From an uncultured delta proteobacterium (lineage in GTDB: Bacteria; Desulfobacterota; Binatia; UBA9968): DNA of 64,000 bases. The DNA lies in assembly GCA_963727625.1 (NCBI GenBank), contig CAVSHR010000009.1, positions 1 through 64,000 on the forward strand, given 5' to 3'. Made by a program: the position numbers and the translations under genes. Numbering within the stretch: position 1 is the first letter of the stretch; every line of letters begins with the position of its first letter. Below, in pieces: positions 1 to 9,611 of this stretch. Below the pieces are notes generated by a model. That model was given only the letters and a program-made list of their open reading frames with translations. It was not told the DNA's origin and searched no databases.

Positions 1-109
1 TGAAATCGGCGATGCCGAGCTTTGCGACGGCATAAAGCGCCTGGGAAAGGATGAAACCGGACGACATTTTATGGATTAGCATGGCCGGTGACTGTGGGTT
101 TTCTTGCAT
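1..109 (-). CDS. O-methyltransferase, N-terminal dimerisation domain (partial, runs off window)
   Basis: Manual translation from ATG at 109: MQENPQSPAMLIHKMSSGFILSQALYAVAKLGIADF, typical 'SQALYAVAKLGIAD' OMT N-terminus. Confidence 0.75.
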   Translation of the reverse strand, partial: MQENPQSPAMLIHKMSSGFILSQALYAVAKLGIADF

Positions 110-156
110 GGGATCTCGTTCTTGTCTGATCATTTGACGCTGGCGTAAGGATGCAC

Positions 157-1440
157 TCAAGCCGCTGCACCATCGCTTAGCGGCATTGCCCCGCAAACCA
201 CCTGTTCAAATGGCATGTCGCGGCGAACAAGGTCGGCCAACGGGTGCACACGATAGGCGTTGCCCAGCCCGGCCTCTGCCGGTTCCTGCCCGCGTTGAAG
301 ATGACGGACTGCCTCCAGCAAGCGGCGCCGGAGCGCGATGACGCCGGCGTCGCTCGTGCCCAGATGCTCCCTGGTTCGATCTGTGATCGGCCCGCCGAAC
401 TGATCTTCCTGAACGGCGATGTCTTCTTCGCGAATGCCGCGCATTCCAGTGAAGTTGTCGTTACGCTGCTTCTCACGATCGAGAAGGTAATCGTTCGCAC
501 GGTTGGCGATGGGTTCGAAGGTTCGTGGATCAACTTCGGCATAAGCGCCGGTCCATGACTCGATGGTGCGAATATCGTCCGCGGTCATCGGCCGATCCGG
601 TAACCATGTCACCGTGAAACCCACCATGTTCCTATCGTCAACCGGCACGGCGGCGGTGAAATTGATCGGCGAGCCCGCTTCGCTCGGTATCAGGGTGAAC
701 GAAGGCATGAGAAACTGGGTGAGCCGCCAATAATAATGATCCGAGTCCCAATGGCGCCGCGCCCCGATCGCGAGCCCGCAATCTGTTTCTTGCACCAGGA
801 ATTTCGGCGCCGAATCCTTTGCCTGCGCGAGCAGTACCTGCCCTGCGATCGCGGCATTGAATTTTTCAGGCTGAAACTCGCGATGGAGAAATGAAACATG
901 GCTCGAGTCGACCTCGCCCTCTACGTTCTGCAAATAATTGCAGTGCTGGAAGCGCTTGTGCACGTAAACGTGACTTTCCGGAACCAAAGTCCATTCGAGT
1001 TGCGGCAATTGCGGCATGGTCTCTTGCGGACCCATATAGGCCCAGATCACGCCGCCCGCTTCTCGAGTGGGGTAGGCTGTTGTGCGGATCTTGTGTTTGA
1101 AGCTGCACTCGGACGGCTCGCTCGGCATATCGGTGCAAACGCCGTTTACGTCGAATTTCCAGCCGTGGTAGACGCAGCGCAGCCCGCCCTCCTCATTGCG
1201 ACCGAAGAACAACGAAGCCCCCCGGTGCGGGCAATAGCGCGCGAGGAGTCCAACTTTTCCGTTGGTGTCGCGGAACCCAATCAGGTCCTCGGAAAGGATT
1301 CTGAGGCGCACCGGTGGCGAGTCCGGGCTTGGCAATTCGCGCGACAGGGCGACGGGCAGCCAGAAGCGACGAAACAAGTGACCCATCGGTGTGCCCGGAC
1401 CGGTTGAACATAGCAACTGGTTTTCTTCCTTCGAAAGCAT
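157..1440 (-). CDS. Rieske non-heme iron oxygenase alpha subunit (phthalate 4,5-dioxygenase/LigX-like)
   Basis: Rieske motif CPHRG...CVYHGW; mononuclear Fe motif EGEVDSSHVSFLH; N-terminus MLSKEENQLL..TGPGTPMG typical of the family. Confidence 0.9.
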   Translation of the reverse strand: MLSKEENQLLCSTGPGTPMGHLFRRFWLPVALSRELPSPDSPPVRLRILSEDLIGFRDTNGKVGLLARYCPHRGASLFFGRNEEGGLRCVYHGWKFDVNGVCTDMPSEPSECSFKHKIRTTAYPTREAGGVIWAYMGPQETMPQLPQLEWTLVPESHVYVHKRFQHCNYLQNVEGEVDSSHVSFLHREFQPEKFNAAIAGQVLLAQAKDSAPKFLVQETDCGLAIGARRHWDSDHYYWRLTQFLMPSFTLIPSEAGSPINFTAAVPVDDRNMVGFTVTWLPDRPMTADDIRTIESWTGAYAEVDPRTFEPIANRANDYLLDREKQRNDNFTGMRGIREEDIAVQEDQFGGPITDRTREHLGTSDAGVIALRRRLLEAVRHLQRGQEPAEAGLGNAYRVHPLADLVRRDMPFEQVVCGAMPLSDGAAA

Positions 1441-1708
1441 CGGGACCTCCTTAGATTAATTTCCCGATGTAGGCGCAGCGCAACCGTTGTGCCAATCGCA
1501 GTGGATGAGCCTCTGGCTATGTAAGCAATCAACTTAAGAAGGGAAAAACCCCGGTCGGTTTGATCACGGGACTTTTGTCGAGGGGTTTATTGAAACAACC
1601 TGGTTACCTTTCGGTAGTCAAAAAGTTACTGGACAAATCACAGCTCCGCGCTTGTGCGGTGTTAGTTTGGTATATTACATTGAGGTCACTAGCTGTTACG
1701 ATTTGAAG

Positions 1709-4700
1709 ATGATAAACCGCAAGCCTTCGATTTCCCGGTTACCGCGAAAATTTCAAACCTTAACCACAGCCGGCCCATCGGCGCGTTTGGCGAAAAATAA
1801 TTTTCTCCGCCTCATCGAAGCCGCCGGCGCCAAAGCTATCGACAAAATTCCAGCCCAGTCGCTGCCGGCTTTATTTCGCCTATTGGGCGGCAGCGGCTTC
1901 TTGAGCGAAGTGCTCATTCGCCAGGGCAAGAGCTGGCCAGCGCTGTTTCTCCGTCAGGTCAAGATCAAAAAGAAATCAGTCGCCGAGCACGACAAAGAGC
2001 TCAAAGCGGCAACCCGCGACTCCATGTCATTGGAGGAGTTTTGCGCCTTGCTGCGGCGCTACAAGCAACGCGAGTACCTGCGCATCGGGGCGCGCGACCT
2101 TATGGTCGAAGTCCCTATGGAAGAAACCGTCCGCGAGCTCACCGCGCTGGCGGAAGCTTCGGTCCAAGCCGCTTATCGATTCTGTCGCACGGAAGTGGAG
2201 AAAGACTACGGCGCGCTCACTCTGCCCGGGTCCAACCGGCCGAATCGCTTCGTGGTTCTCGGCATGGGCAAGCTCGGGGGCGCCGAGCTTAATTTCAGCT
2301 CGGATATCGATGTGATTTTTTTGTTCGAGAGCGACGAAGGCGAAAGCGCCGGCGGCTCCAAAGGCAAGTTGGCACCGCGGGATTTTTTTTCAGCTATCGG
2401 CAAGAAAATCATTCAGGCCATGGGGCAGGTCACGGAAGACGGTTTTGTCTTTCGCATCGACCTGAGGCTTCGCCCGCTCGGCGCCAACGGCCCGTTGGTG
2501 CAATCCATCGGCTCCGCCATGCTCTACTATGAGTCCTGGGGACAATGCTGGGAGCGCGCGGCGCTGATCAAAGCCCGAGCGGTGGCCGGCGCGCGCGAGC
2601 TGGGAGCTGATTTTCTAAAAGAGGTCGAGCCTTTTATCTATCGCCGCTATCTCGATTATACGACCGTGGACGAGCTCCGCCACATGAAAGCGCGCATCGA
2701 GAGCGAGTTGCTCACCGGCGACGGCAAACAGCGCAACGTCAAGCTTGGCCTCGGCGGCATTCGTGAAATCGAATTTTTCACCCAGGCGCTCCAGCTCGTC
2801 AATGGCGGCTACGAACCCCAATTACGAGGGCCAAGCACGCTGCCCGCGCTTGCCGAACTGGCCCGGCATAATTTCATCTCGGCAAAAGAGCGCGACTTGC
2901 TGATCAGCGCTTACCGTTTCCTCCGTCAGGTCGAGCATAAGGTGCAAATCGTCCAGGAAGCCCACGCCCACTCGATTCCTGAGGACAAGGAGGAAGAGCA
3001 AACTCTGGCCCGCCGCCTGGGTTATCGACGTAAAAGCAAGCGCACCGAGCGCGATCAATTTTGGCGCGATTTCCGCCGCCACACCGAAGCCGTGCGCACC
3101 ATATTCGACCGGCTGTTTTATAGCGCGCAGAAAGAGATCGAGCAGGACTTCGCGTCGGCCGCCGGATCGGTGTGGAACGACCTCGATCGCAAGGAAATCG
3201 TCACAGCGGAACTCGCAAACGCCGGCTTCAGCGATCCACTCAAAGCGTACGAAAGTCTTCTCGCTGTCCGCGATGGCGAGCTATATCAGCCGCCGAGCCC
3301 AAAACGCTTGAAAGTGATGCGCCTGCTCGGGCCGGCATTGATGAACGAAATCATCAATTCGAGCGCGCCGGATCGCGCGCTTTTAAATTTGTCCAAATTC
3401 AGCCAACGCATTGGCGGCCGCACCGGATTTCTCACTCTGTTGGCGGAAAATCCCGAGACCATGCGGCTGCTCATCACCCTCTTTGCCGAGAGCCAATTTT
3501 TGACCGATCTATTTCTCAATCGCCCGGAGCTGATCGATACGTTGATCCGCGTCGACCTGACCCGCATCGAAAAAACCAAGCAGCAAATGCTCACCGAATT
3601 GCGCACGGTCATCAACGAACAAACCGATATCGAAGCCAAGCTCAACGCCCTGCGGCGCCATAAGACCGAGGAGTTTATCCGCATCGGCTTGCATGATCTC
3701 GGCGGCACCCTCGACTTACTGCAAGTTCTCACTCAGCTATCCAACCTCGCGGACGCCTGCCTAGATGCCGCGCTGGAAATAACGCTGGCGGAGCTTGAAG
3801 CGAGATTTGGTTCCGTGCCGACCGGGCAGTTCGCCGTGATCGGCGGCGGCAAACTCGGCGGGCAGGAGCTCGATTATAATTCTGATCTCGATCTGATTTT
3901 CGTTTACGACGCGGGGCCAGATGGGCAAACTGGTAGCGGGCTGCCGGCGCACGAATTTTACGTTCGCGTCGGCCAAAAGTTGCTGACTTATCTTGCCGCG
4001 CCGACCGAAGAAGGCATCGCTTATAAAGTCGACATGCAGCTTCGCCCGTCCGGAAAAGCCGGACCTTTGGTCTCCTCGCTCGACGGCTTCCGGGAATATC
4101 ATAAGACCAGCTCCCAACTCTGGGAGCGCCAGGCGTTGATCAAAACCCGCCGGGTTGCCGGCGATCAAACGTTGGGAAAAGCGATCGAAAAAATCGCTGT
4201 AGACTTCGCTTACGGCCGGGGCCTCAAAACCGACGAAGTCGGCGAGATTAATCATTTGCGCATGCGCATGGAGCGCGAATTAGCCCGCGAAGATGAAACC
4301 CGCTTCAATCTCAAAAAGGGCCGGGGTGGCCTGGTCGACATCGAATTTCTCACCCAGATGTTGCAATTGACGCACGGTCATCGGCACCCCAAGCTGCGCC
4401 ACCGGGAAACACTCGTGGCGTTGGAAGCGCTCTATGACACGAAGATTTTGAAACAGGCGGAATATCGTCTGCTGTCGGGCGGTTATCTATTCTTGCGTAG
4501 ACTGGACCATCGCCTGCGCTTGGAGCGCGACCAATCGATCGACGCCTTCGAAGCCGAACCGGAAAGGCTTGAAAGCATCGCCCAGGCTCTCGGTTATAGC
4601 GCTGATGGAAATGGCAAGAAAATTCGAGCTAAATCCGGTAAAAAATTGTTGCGCGACTACCAAATCAGGCGCGATAAAATTCGCGCCTGCTACGAGCGCT

Positions 4701-4732
4701 ATTTTATCGCGGAACCAGCGGGAAAGAATTGA
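1709..4732 (+). CDS. glnE: Bifunctional glutamine synthetase adenylyltransferase/adenylyl-removing enzyme
   Basis: Two nucleotidyltransferase domains (MGKLGGAELNFSSDIDVIF; GGKLGGQELDYNSDLDLIF), WERAALIKAR, KLGLGGIREIEF; ATG 1709 preferred over TTG 1652. Confidence 0.95.
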   Translation: MINRKPSISRLPRKFQTLTTAGPSARLAKNNFLRLIEAAGAKAIDKIPAQSLPALFRLLGGSGFLSEVLIRQGKSWPALFLRQVKIKKKSVAEHDKELKAATRDSMSLEEFCALLRRYKQREYLRIGARDLMVEVPMEETVRELTALAEASVQAAYRFCRTEVEKDYGALTLPGSNRPNRFVVLGMGKLGGAELNFSSDIDVIFLFESDEGESAGGSKGKLAPRDFFSAIGKKIIQAMGQVTEDGFVFRIDLRLRPLGANGPLVQSIGSAMLYYESWGQCWERAALIKARAVAGARELGADFLKEVEPFIYRRYLDYTTVDELRHMKARIESELLTGDGKQRNVKLGLGGIREIEFFTQALQLVNGGYEPQLRGPSTLPALAELARHNFISAKERDLLISAYRFLRQVEHKVQIVQEAHAHSIPEDKEEEQTLARRLGYRRKSKRTERDQFWRDFRRHTEAVRTIFDRLFYSAQKEIEQDFASAAGSVWNDLDRKEIVTAELANAGFSDPLKAYESLLAVRDGELYQPPSPKRLKVMRLLGPALMNEIINSSAPDRALLNLSKFSQRIGGRTGFLTLLAENPETMRLLITLFAESQFLTDLFLNRPELIDTLIRVDLTRIEKTKQQMLTELRTVINEQTDIEAKLNALRRHKTEEFIRIGLHDLGGTLDLLQVLTQLSNLADACLDAALEITLAELEARFGSVPTGQFAVIGGGKLGGQELDYNSDLDLIFVYDAGPDGQTGSGLPAHEFYVRVGQKLLTYLAAPTEEGIAYKVDMQLRPSGKAGPLVSSLDGFREYHKTSSQLWERQALIKTRRVAGDQTLGKAIEKIAVDFAYGRGLKTDEVGEINHLRMRMERELAREDETRFNLKKGRGGLVDIEFLTQMLQLTHGHRHPKLRHRETLVALEALYDTKILKQAEYRLLSGGYLFLRRLDHRLRLERDQSIDAFEAEPERLESIAQALGYSADGNGKKIRAKSGKKLLRDYQIRRDKIRACYERYFIAEPAGKN

Positions 4733-5120
4733 CTTCAAGACTGCCCGCCGTCGATCGAGCTCAAGTATATTTTGAGCCGACCGGCTGCTTGACGCCAGCT
4801 TTATGCACACTCAACCTGCTTGATCACTAGCTGAAAAAGAACGGCGTTATTGAATTATAACTACTATCAGTCACGCTAGCCTGCAGATTCGCTGCGTTAC
4901 GGTTACGGGATGCATGCCATTTCTCGACCGGAGCGGGACGGCACATTTTGGTACCTTGGTCTAACCGAAGCCTATTCGGAGGACTTTCGAGGCGCTGGGC
5001 AAGGCCGGCTGGATCTCGCAGCTTGGCGGCTCGCCGTTCGATAAACTAGCGCTTTGTCCTGGTAGATGGCTAAGGTAATTTTTGGCGGCTAAAACAATAA
5101 AAAATTTTAGAATCTTATTA

Positions 5121-5149
5121 TTGACAGTAGCACAACTCTGCGATATCTT
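5121..5149 (+). promoter_or_regulatory. Sigma70-type promoter, probably leaderless transcript
   Basis: TTGACA (5121-5126), 17-nt spacer, TATCTT (5144-5149), ATG 6 nt later; AT-rich tract upstream. Confidence 0.7.
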
Positions 5150-5155
5150 CGCGAC

Positions 5156-5560
5156 ATGAAAACACAATTGCTTAAGGGCATTGCCCTGGCGTCGTTGGTT
5201 ACCTTAACGGCTACTCCTCTTTACGCGCAGACGGCGGGTTCGAGCAATCAAGCCGCCGAAGAGCCCGTTGGAGAGGAAGCGGGTTACGGTGTAGGAGCGG
5301 CTCTCGCGAGCGTCTTCTATATTCCGGCCAAAGTGACTTACGCGGGACTGGGCCTGATCACGGGCGGGCTTGGTTACGTGTTGAGCGGCGGTAGAGCCGA
5401 TGTTGCCAACAACATCATCTATCCGGCGGTCCGGGGTAACTACGTAGTTACCCCGAGTCATTTAAAGGGGACCGAGCCGATCTATTTCGTCGGCGCGCCT
5501 CCGCCCGAGATCGGACCGCGGGCCGATGTGCCGGCAGCAGCTACGACCGCGGTTCGTTAG
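5156..5560 (+). CDS. Hypothetical exported/membrane protein
   Basis: Signal peptide (MKTQLLKGIALASLVTLTATPLYA), Gly-rich hydrophobic hairpin, strong promoter directly upstream. Confidence 0.75.
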   Translation: MKTQLLKGIALASLVTLTATPLYAQTAGSSNQAAEEPVGEEAGYGVGAALASVFYIPAKVTYAGLGLITGGLGYVLSGGRADVANNIIYPAVRGNYVVTPSHLKGTEPIYFVGAPPPEIGPRADVPAAATTAVR

Positions 5561-6329
5561 CCCCAAAACAAACACCGCGCTTCGACCCCTCGATAAACTC
5601 CAACAGGGCCGATACATCCGCATTGGCCCCGGTGGATTTTTTTACTTCTTTTACCGCTAGAGAAAGATTACGCCCCTTTCGGAATAGTATCCGGAAGGCC
5701 TGGCGAATCGCGCGAATCCGTTTGTCCTCGAATCCTGCCCGTTTTAAGCCCACCACGTTGACGCCTCTGACCGTGTGCTGCCAGTCGATGATCGCATAAG
5801 GCGGCACATCGCGGCTGGTTCCGCTGAGCCCGCGCATCAGCGCGAAGTCGCCGATGCGAACGAATTGATGGACGACACAGTTGCCGGAAATAAACACCTG
5901 GTTTCCGACCTCGACGTGACCGCCGAGCAAAGCGCCGTTGGCCAAGATGACATTGTCGCCGAGCTTGCAATTGTGGCCCACATGGGCCGTCGCCATCAGG
6001 AAATTATGATTGCCGATCACCGTCGTTGAGCCTGGAGCCGTGCCGCGATGGATTTGCACATATTCTCGGATGATATTGTGATCGCCGATGCGCAGATAAG
6101 TCGCTTGCCCTCTGTAGGCCTTGTCCTGCGGAGCGTCGCCAAGCACCGCGCCGGGATGAATCTCGTTGTCTTCCCCAATTTCGGTCCAACCGGTGAGATA
6201 GGCGTGCGCCATCACCCGGGTGCCCCGTTTGATCTTTACTTGGCCTTCGATCACTACGTAGGGCCCGATTTCGACCTCGGAATCGATTTCGCAGTTAGAA
6301 TCGATGATGGCGGTGGGATGAATCGGCAT
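5541..6329 (-). CDS. lpxA: Acyl-ACP--UDP-N-acetylglucosamine O-acyltransferase
   Basis: Hexapeptide repeats, IHPTAII, PQD, IREYVQIHRGT, AHVGHNC, VHQFVRIG, DVPPY, GVNVVGLKRAGF. Confidence 0.93.
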   Translation of the reverse strand: MPIHPTAIIDSNCEIDSEVEIGPYVVIEGQVKIKRGTRVMAHAYLTGWTEIGEDNEIHPGAVLGDAPQDKAYRGQATYLRIGDHNIIREYVQIHRGTAPGSTTVIGNHNFLMATAHVGHNCKLGDNVILANGALLGGHVEVGNQVFISGNCVVHQFVRIGDFALMRGLSGTSRDVPPYAIIDWQHTVRGVNVVGLKRAGFEDKRIRAIRQAFRILFRKGRNLSLAVKEVKKSTGANADVSALLEFIEGSKRGVCFGANEPRS

Positions 6330-6343
6330 GAAAATAAAGCGCG

Positions 6344-6541
6344 TCAGTTGTGCGAGTTCTCTTCGTCGTCGTCCTCGTCACCGAGATTGAAATCGAAATT
6401 TTCGCCGGGAATGCGGTAACGCTCCTGAGCCCAAGCGCCGAGATCGATGAGACGGCAACGGTCCGAACAAAACGGCCGGTGCGGGTTATTTTCCCACGGA
6501 GTTTCCTTACGGCAAGTTGGACATTTGACTTTGAGGGGCAC
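6344..6541 (-). CDS. yacG: DNA gyrase inhibitor YacG
   Basis: CPTC...[20 protein letters not shown]; GTG at 6541 with GAAGGAG just upstream. Confidence 0.9.
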   Translation of the reverse strand: MPLKVKCPTCRKETPWENNPHRPFCSDRCRLIDLGAWAQERYRIPGENFDFNLGDEDDDEENSHN

Positions 6542-6557
6542 AACTCCTTCCTCAACC

Positions 6558-7535
6558 CTAACTATCCAGTGTGTTTTTCGCAAATAGCTCGTCCATCTCG
6601 AGCTTTCTTTCCATCAAACCCTGATCGAGCGAATAGCCGATGAAACGCTCTAAGTTGGCGCGATTTTTCTTGACACCTTGCGGCCATGGGTCAGCGCCGA
6701 AAGCAGCTCGCTCCTCTTCAAAGAGATGCCGACCCCAGATAAAGCGCGACCAGTTCGGATCATCATAATATTCCATGCAAGCTTGTTTTGCCCGATCGAA
6801 AACCGTCATGATGCTGGTCGCCAACGCGGGAGTCTTTTTCAACACCTCGTCTTTGAAAGCAATCAAGTGCATGATCGGATAATAGCCGTTCTTGCGAAAA
6901 TATTTTGTCTCCTCCGCCTTTGGGTCGGCGAACAAGCGGCGGATAGCCCCGCCGCCGCGCAGCGCTTCTTTCGGCGGATGCGGTACCATGAGGGCGTCGA
7001 TCTCGCCTTTTTCCAGCATCGCGCCCATCTTTTGCCCGGGCTTTACGAGCTGCATCTTGACGCCTTCGATTGGTTTAAGCGGCACCGCTTCATCCTTGGA
7101 AATATACCAGTCGATCTTGCGCCACGGTACACCGTACTCGGCATCCAAGTCGCCCTTGGCGAGCACCGACAACGTCGTTTGAAAGGTGCTGAGCCCGACC
7201 TTCTTGCCGATCAAATCCTGCGGCGATCGGATGCCGGCCTGCACATTGATCCACATCTGCGACAGGCTGAACAAGCGGCGTGGAAAGACCGGAATGGCGG
7301 TGAACGGCATGCCGCGGCTCTTGGCGATCAAATAGGACGACAGCGAAAGCTCGCAGATATCGAACTCGCCCTTTTGCAGCATGCGCTCGTGGCGGTCCTG
7401 ACCGTGCTTGAGTGGATTGGACTGCCCCACTTCCAAAACTTGTAAATCGATACCCTCGGCCTGCACCGAGCCGTCGAACAATGGAATGTGCCGGTCATAA
7501 TGGGACAACGCTATCGACAACGGCAGGTTAGCCAT
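6558..7535 (-). CDS. 4,5-dihydroxyphthalate decarboxylase-like / type 2 periplasmic-binding-fold protein
   Basis: [50 protein letters not shown]. Confidence 0.8.
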   Translation of the reverse strand: MANLPLSIALSHYDRHIPLFDGSVQAEGIDLQVLEVGQSNPLKHGQDRHERMLQKGEFDICELSLSSYLIAKSRGMPFTAIPVFPRRLFSLSQMWINVQAGIRSPQDLIGKKVGLSTFQTTLSVLAKGDLDAEYGVPWRKIDWYISKDEAVPLKPIEGVKMQLVKPGQKMGAMLEKGEIDALMVPHPPKEALRGGGAIRRLFADPKAEETKYFRKNGYYPIMHLIAFKDEVLKKTPALATSIMTVFDRAKQACMEYYDDPNWSRFIWGRHLFEEERAAFGADPWPQGVKKNRANLERFIGYSLDQGLMERKLEMDELFAKNTLDS

Positions 7536-7938
7536 ATGGGTACCTCATAGGTTTGCTCTTTTGCTTACATTGTTTTCCGAATTCTCGTTACCTTAGCGCA
7601 AACCGTTCTCCTCGTTCAACGGGTCTAAGCGGCATCACTTCGCGTCAATCTTAAAACTCTTGCGTTCCAAATCGCTCGCCCAAGCGCAGCCTTCGAAACA
7701 ATCGGGCACAATCATCGCTATTCAGATAAGTTCGGACTCAATCTCAGTCGACCCCTTGAAGAGATCATCGCTCACGTGATTTCATACGGCTTCGATGGCG
7801 ATGACACGCGGCGGTCGTGGTTTGGTCTGGACCGCTATCGACCCTCTTTTAGCCAATGTCGAAGAGAGCAAAAGCATTTTCTATCCACTATGCCCGGGAG
7901 CACATCCGCCAGCGCTTGGAAATCGATAGCTATAGCGC

Positions 7939-7973
7939 GCGCGTCTTGATCCGCGCACCCGGTCAAGACGCGC
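7939..7973. repeat. Intergenic inverted repeat/hairpin
   Basis: GCGCGTCTTGA (7939-7949) and TCAAGACGCGC (7963-7973). Confidence 0.6.
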
Positions 7974-8046
7974 TGCAAGGGTCTTCATGGCGGCCGTCTA
8001 ATTATTCGGGCAAGCCCAGTCATTAAACACGCGAACGCCTCTCTAC

Positions 8047-8835
8047 ATGGATCTCGATCCCACGCCAACCGCTAAGTCAGAACTCGCCGTCGATCTGCGA
8101 AATATCCGGCGCGCTTTTGCCGGCTCTATGAACGCGATCGATGGCATCGATCTGCGCATCATGGCCGGCGAATTCGTCGCGATCCTTGGTCCCTCCGGTT
8201 GCGGCAAGACGACGCTACTTCGCATCATCGCCGGTTTGGACAAAGCCGATAGCGGGTTGATGCAAATGGGTCAAGGTGTAAACGCCCGCAAACAAATCGC
8301 ATACGTCTTTCAAGATGCCCATCTGCTGCCCTGGCGAGATGCTCTGCGCAATGTCGCTTTGCCGCTGGAGCTGATGGGCATGCCGCGCGCCCAGCGGCTC
8401 GCCGCCGCCGCTGACGCGCTCGCTCAAGTCGGATTGGCCGACGCGCGAAGTCTCTATCCCGCGCAACTGTCCGGCGGCATGCGCATGCGCGTCTCGCTGG
8501 CCCGCGCACTGGTAACCAACCCTTTGTTGCTTCTTCTCGACGAGCCCTTTGCCGCACTCGACGAGCTGACACGCAACCATCTCGACGAGCAACTTCATCG
8601 ACTCTGGCACAGTCGGGGGATGACCGTGATCTTCGTCACCCACTCGATCGTCGAAGCAACTTTTTTGGCCCAACGCGCCGTTGTCCTTACCCGCCGGCCA
8701 GCGCGCACGGCCCTCGACCACCGAATCGCTTTACCTGAGCAGCGTTCGGCAGTGCTGCGTTCCCAGGCGCAGTTCGCGCGCGAGACGGGCGTTTTGTTCC
8801 AAGCCTTGGAGCGTGGCCAGGAGAATCACGGATGA
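8047..8835 (+). CDS. ABC transporter ATP-binding protein (NitT/TauT family)
   Basis: Walker A GPSGCGKT, LSGGMRMR, LLLLDEPF, VTH. Confidence 0.93.
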   Translation: MDLDPTPTAKSELAVDLRNIRRAFAGSMNAIDGIDLRIMAGEFVAILGPSGCGKTTLLRIIAGLDKADSGLMQMGQGVNARKQIAYVFQDAHLLPWRDALRNVALPLELMGMPRAQRLAAAADALAQVGLADARSLYPAQLSGGMRMRVSLARALVTNPLLLLLDEPFAALDELTRNHLDEQLHRLWHSRGMTVIFVTHSIVEATFLAQRAVVLTRRPARTALDHRIALPEQRSAVLRSQAQFARETGVLFQALERGQENHG

Positions 8836-9599
8836 GCTCGCGCAATTTTCTGCGTAATGTACTGCCGCCGCTCATCCCCATGATCGTAGTCCTGGCGGGA
8901 ACTGAAATTGCCGTGCGGCTGTCCTGGGTGCCGGCCTTTTTAGTGCCGGCGCCGTCGAGCGTCTTTGCCTCGATCCTGCGCGACTGGCCCGAACTGTGGC
9001 GCGCGATGCTGGATACATCCACGGCTTCGCTGCTCGGCTTCGGCATGAGTATCGCCATCGGCAGCCTGATCGCTATCGGGCTTTCCTCGTCATCGTGGGT
9101 CCAGCGGGCCTTTTATCCCTACGCGGTGTTTTTTCAGACCGTGCCGATCATCGCCATCGCGCCGCTGCTGGTCATTTGGTTTGGCTGGGATCGCACTGTG
9201 GTAGCATCCGCCTTCATCGTTTCGATTTTTCCGGTCATCGCCAATACGCTAACGGGGCTTTTATCCACCGACCCGGCGTTGCGCGACTTGTTTCAACTCT
9301 ACGAAGCCAAGCCACTTGCGACTCTGTTTAAGCTGCGCCTGCCCTTTGCTTTGCCGCATATCCTTACCGGCTTGCGCATCGCCGCCGGCCTCGCCGTGAT
9401 TGGCGCCATCGTCGGCGAGTTCATCACCGGCGCCGGCATCGGCGGGTCAATCATGGTGTCGCGCCAGCAGAGCCGGGTCGACAAAGTCTTCGCCGGCTTG
9501 CTGCTCGCCTCACTCCTCGGCATCTTGCTTTTTATGTCGATCAATTTAATCAGCAGGCTCGCGCTGCGCCACTGGCACGCCTCGGAGATCGACAAGTAA
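8832..9599 (+). CDS. ABC transporter permease (NitT/TauT family)
   Basis: QTVPIIAIAPLLVIWFG, LRLPFALP, GAIVGEF; multiple TM helices. Confidence 0.92.
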   Translation: MSSRNFLRNVLPPLIPMIVVLAGTEIAVRLSWVPAFLVPAPSSVFASILRDWPELWRAMLDTSTASLLGFGMSIAIGSLIAIGLSSSSWVQRAFYPYAVFFQTVPIIAIAPLLVIWFGWDRTVVASAFIVSIFPVIANTLTGLLSTDPALRDLFQLYEAKPLATLFKLRLPFALPHILTGLRIAAGLAVIGAIVGEFITGAGIGGSIMVSRQQSRVDKVFAGLLLASLLGILLFMSINLISRLALRHWHASEIDK

Positions 9600-9611
9600 T
9601 TTCACAGGAAG

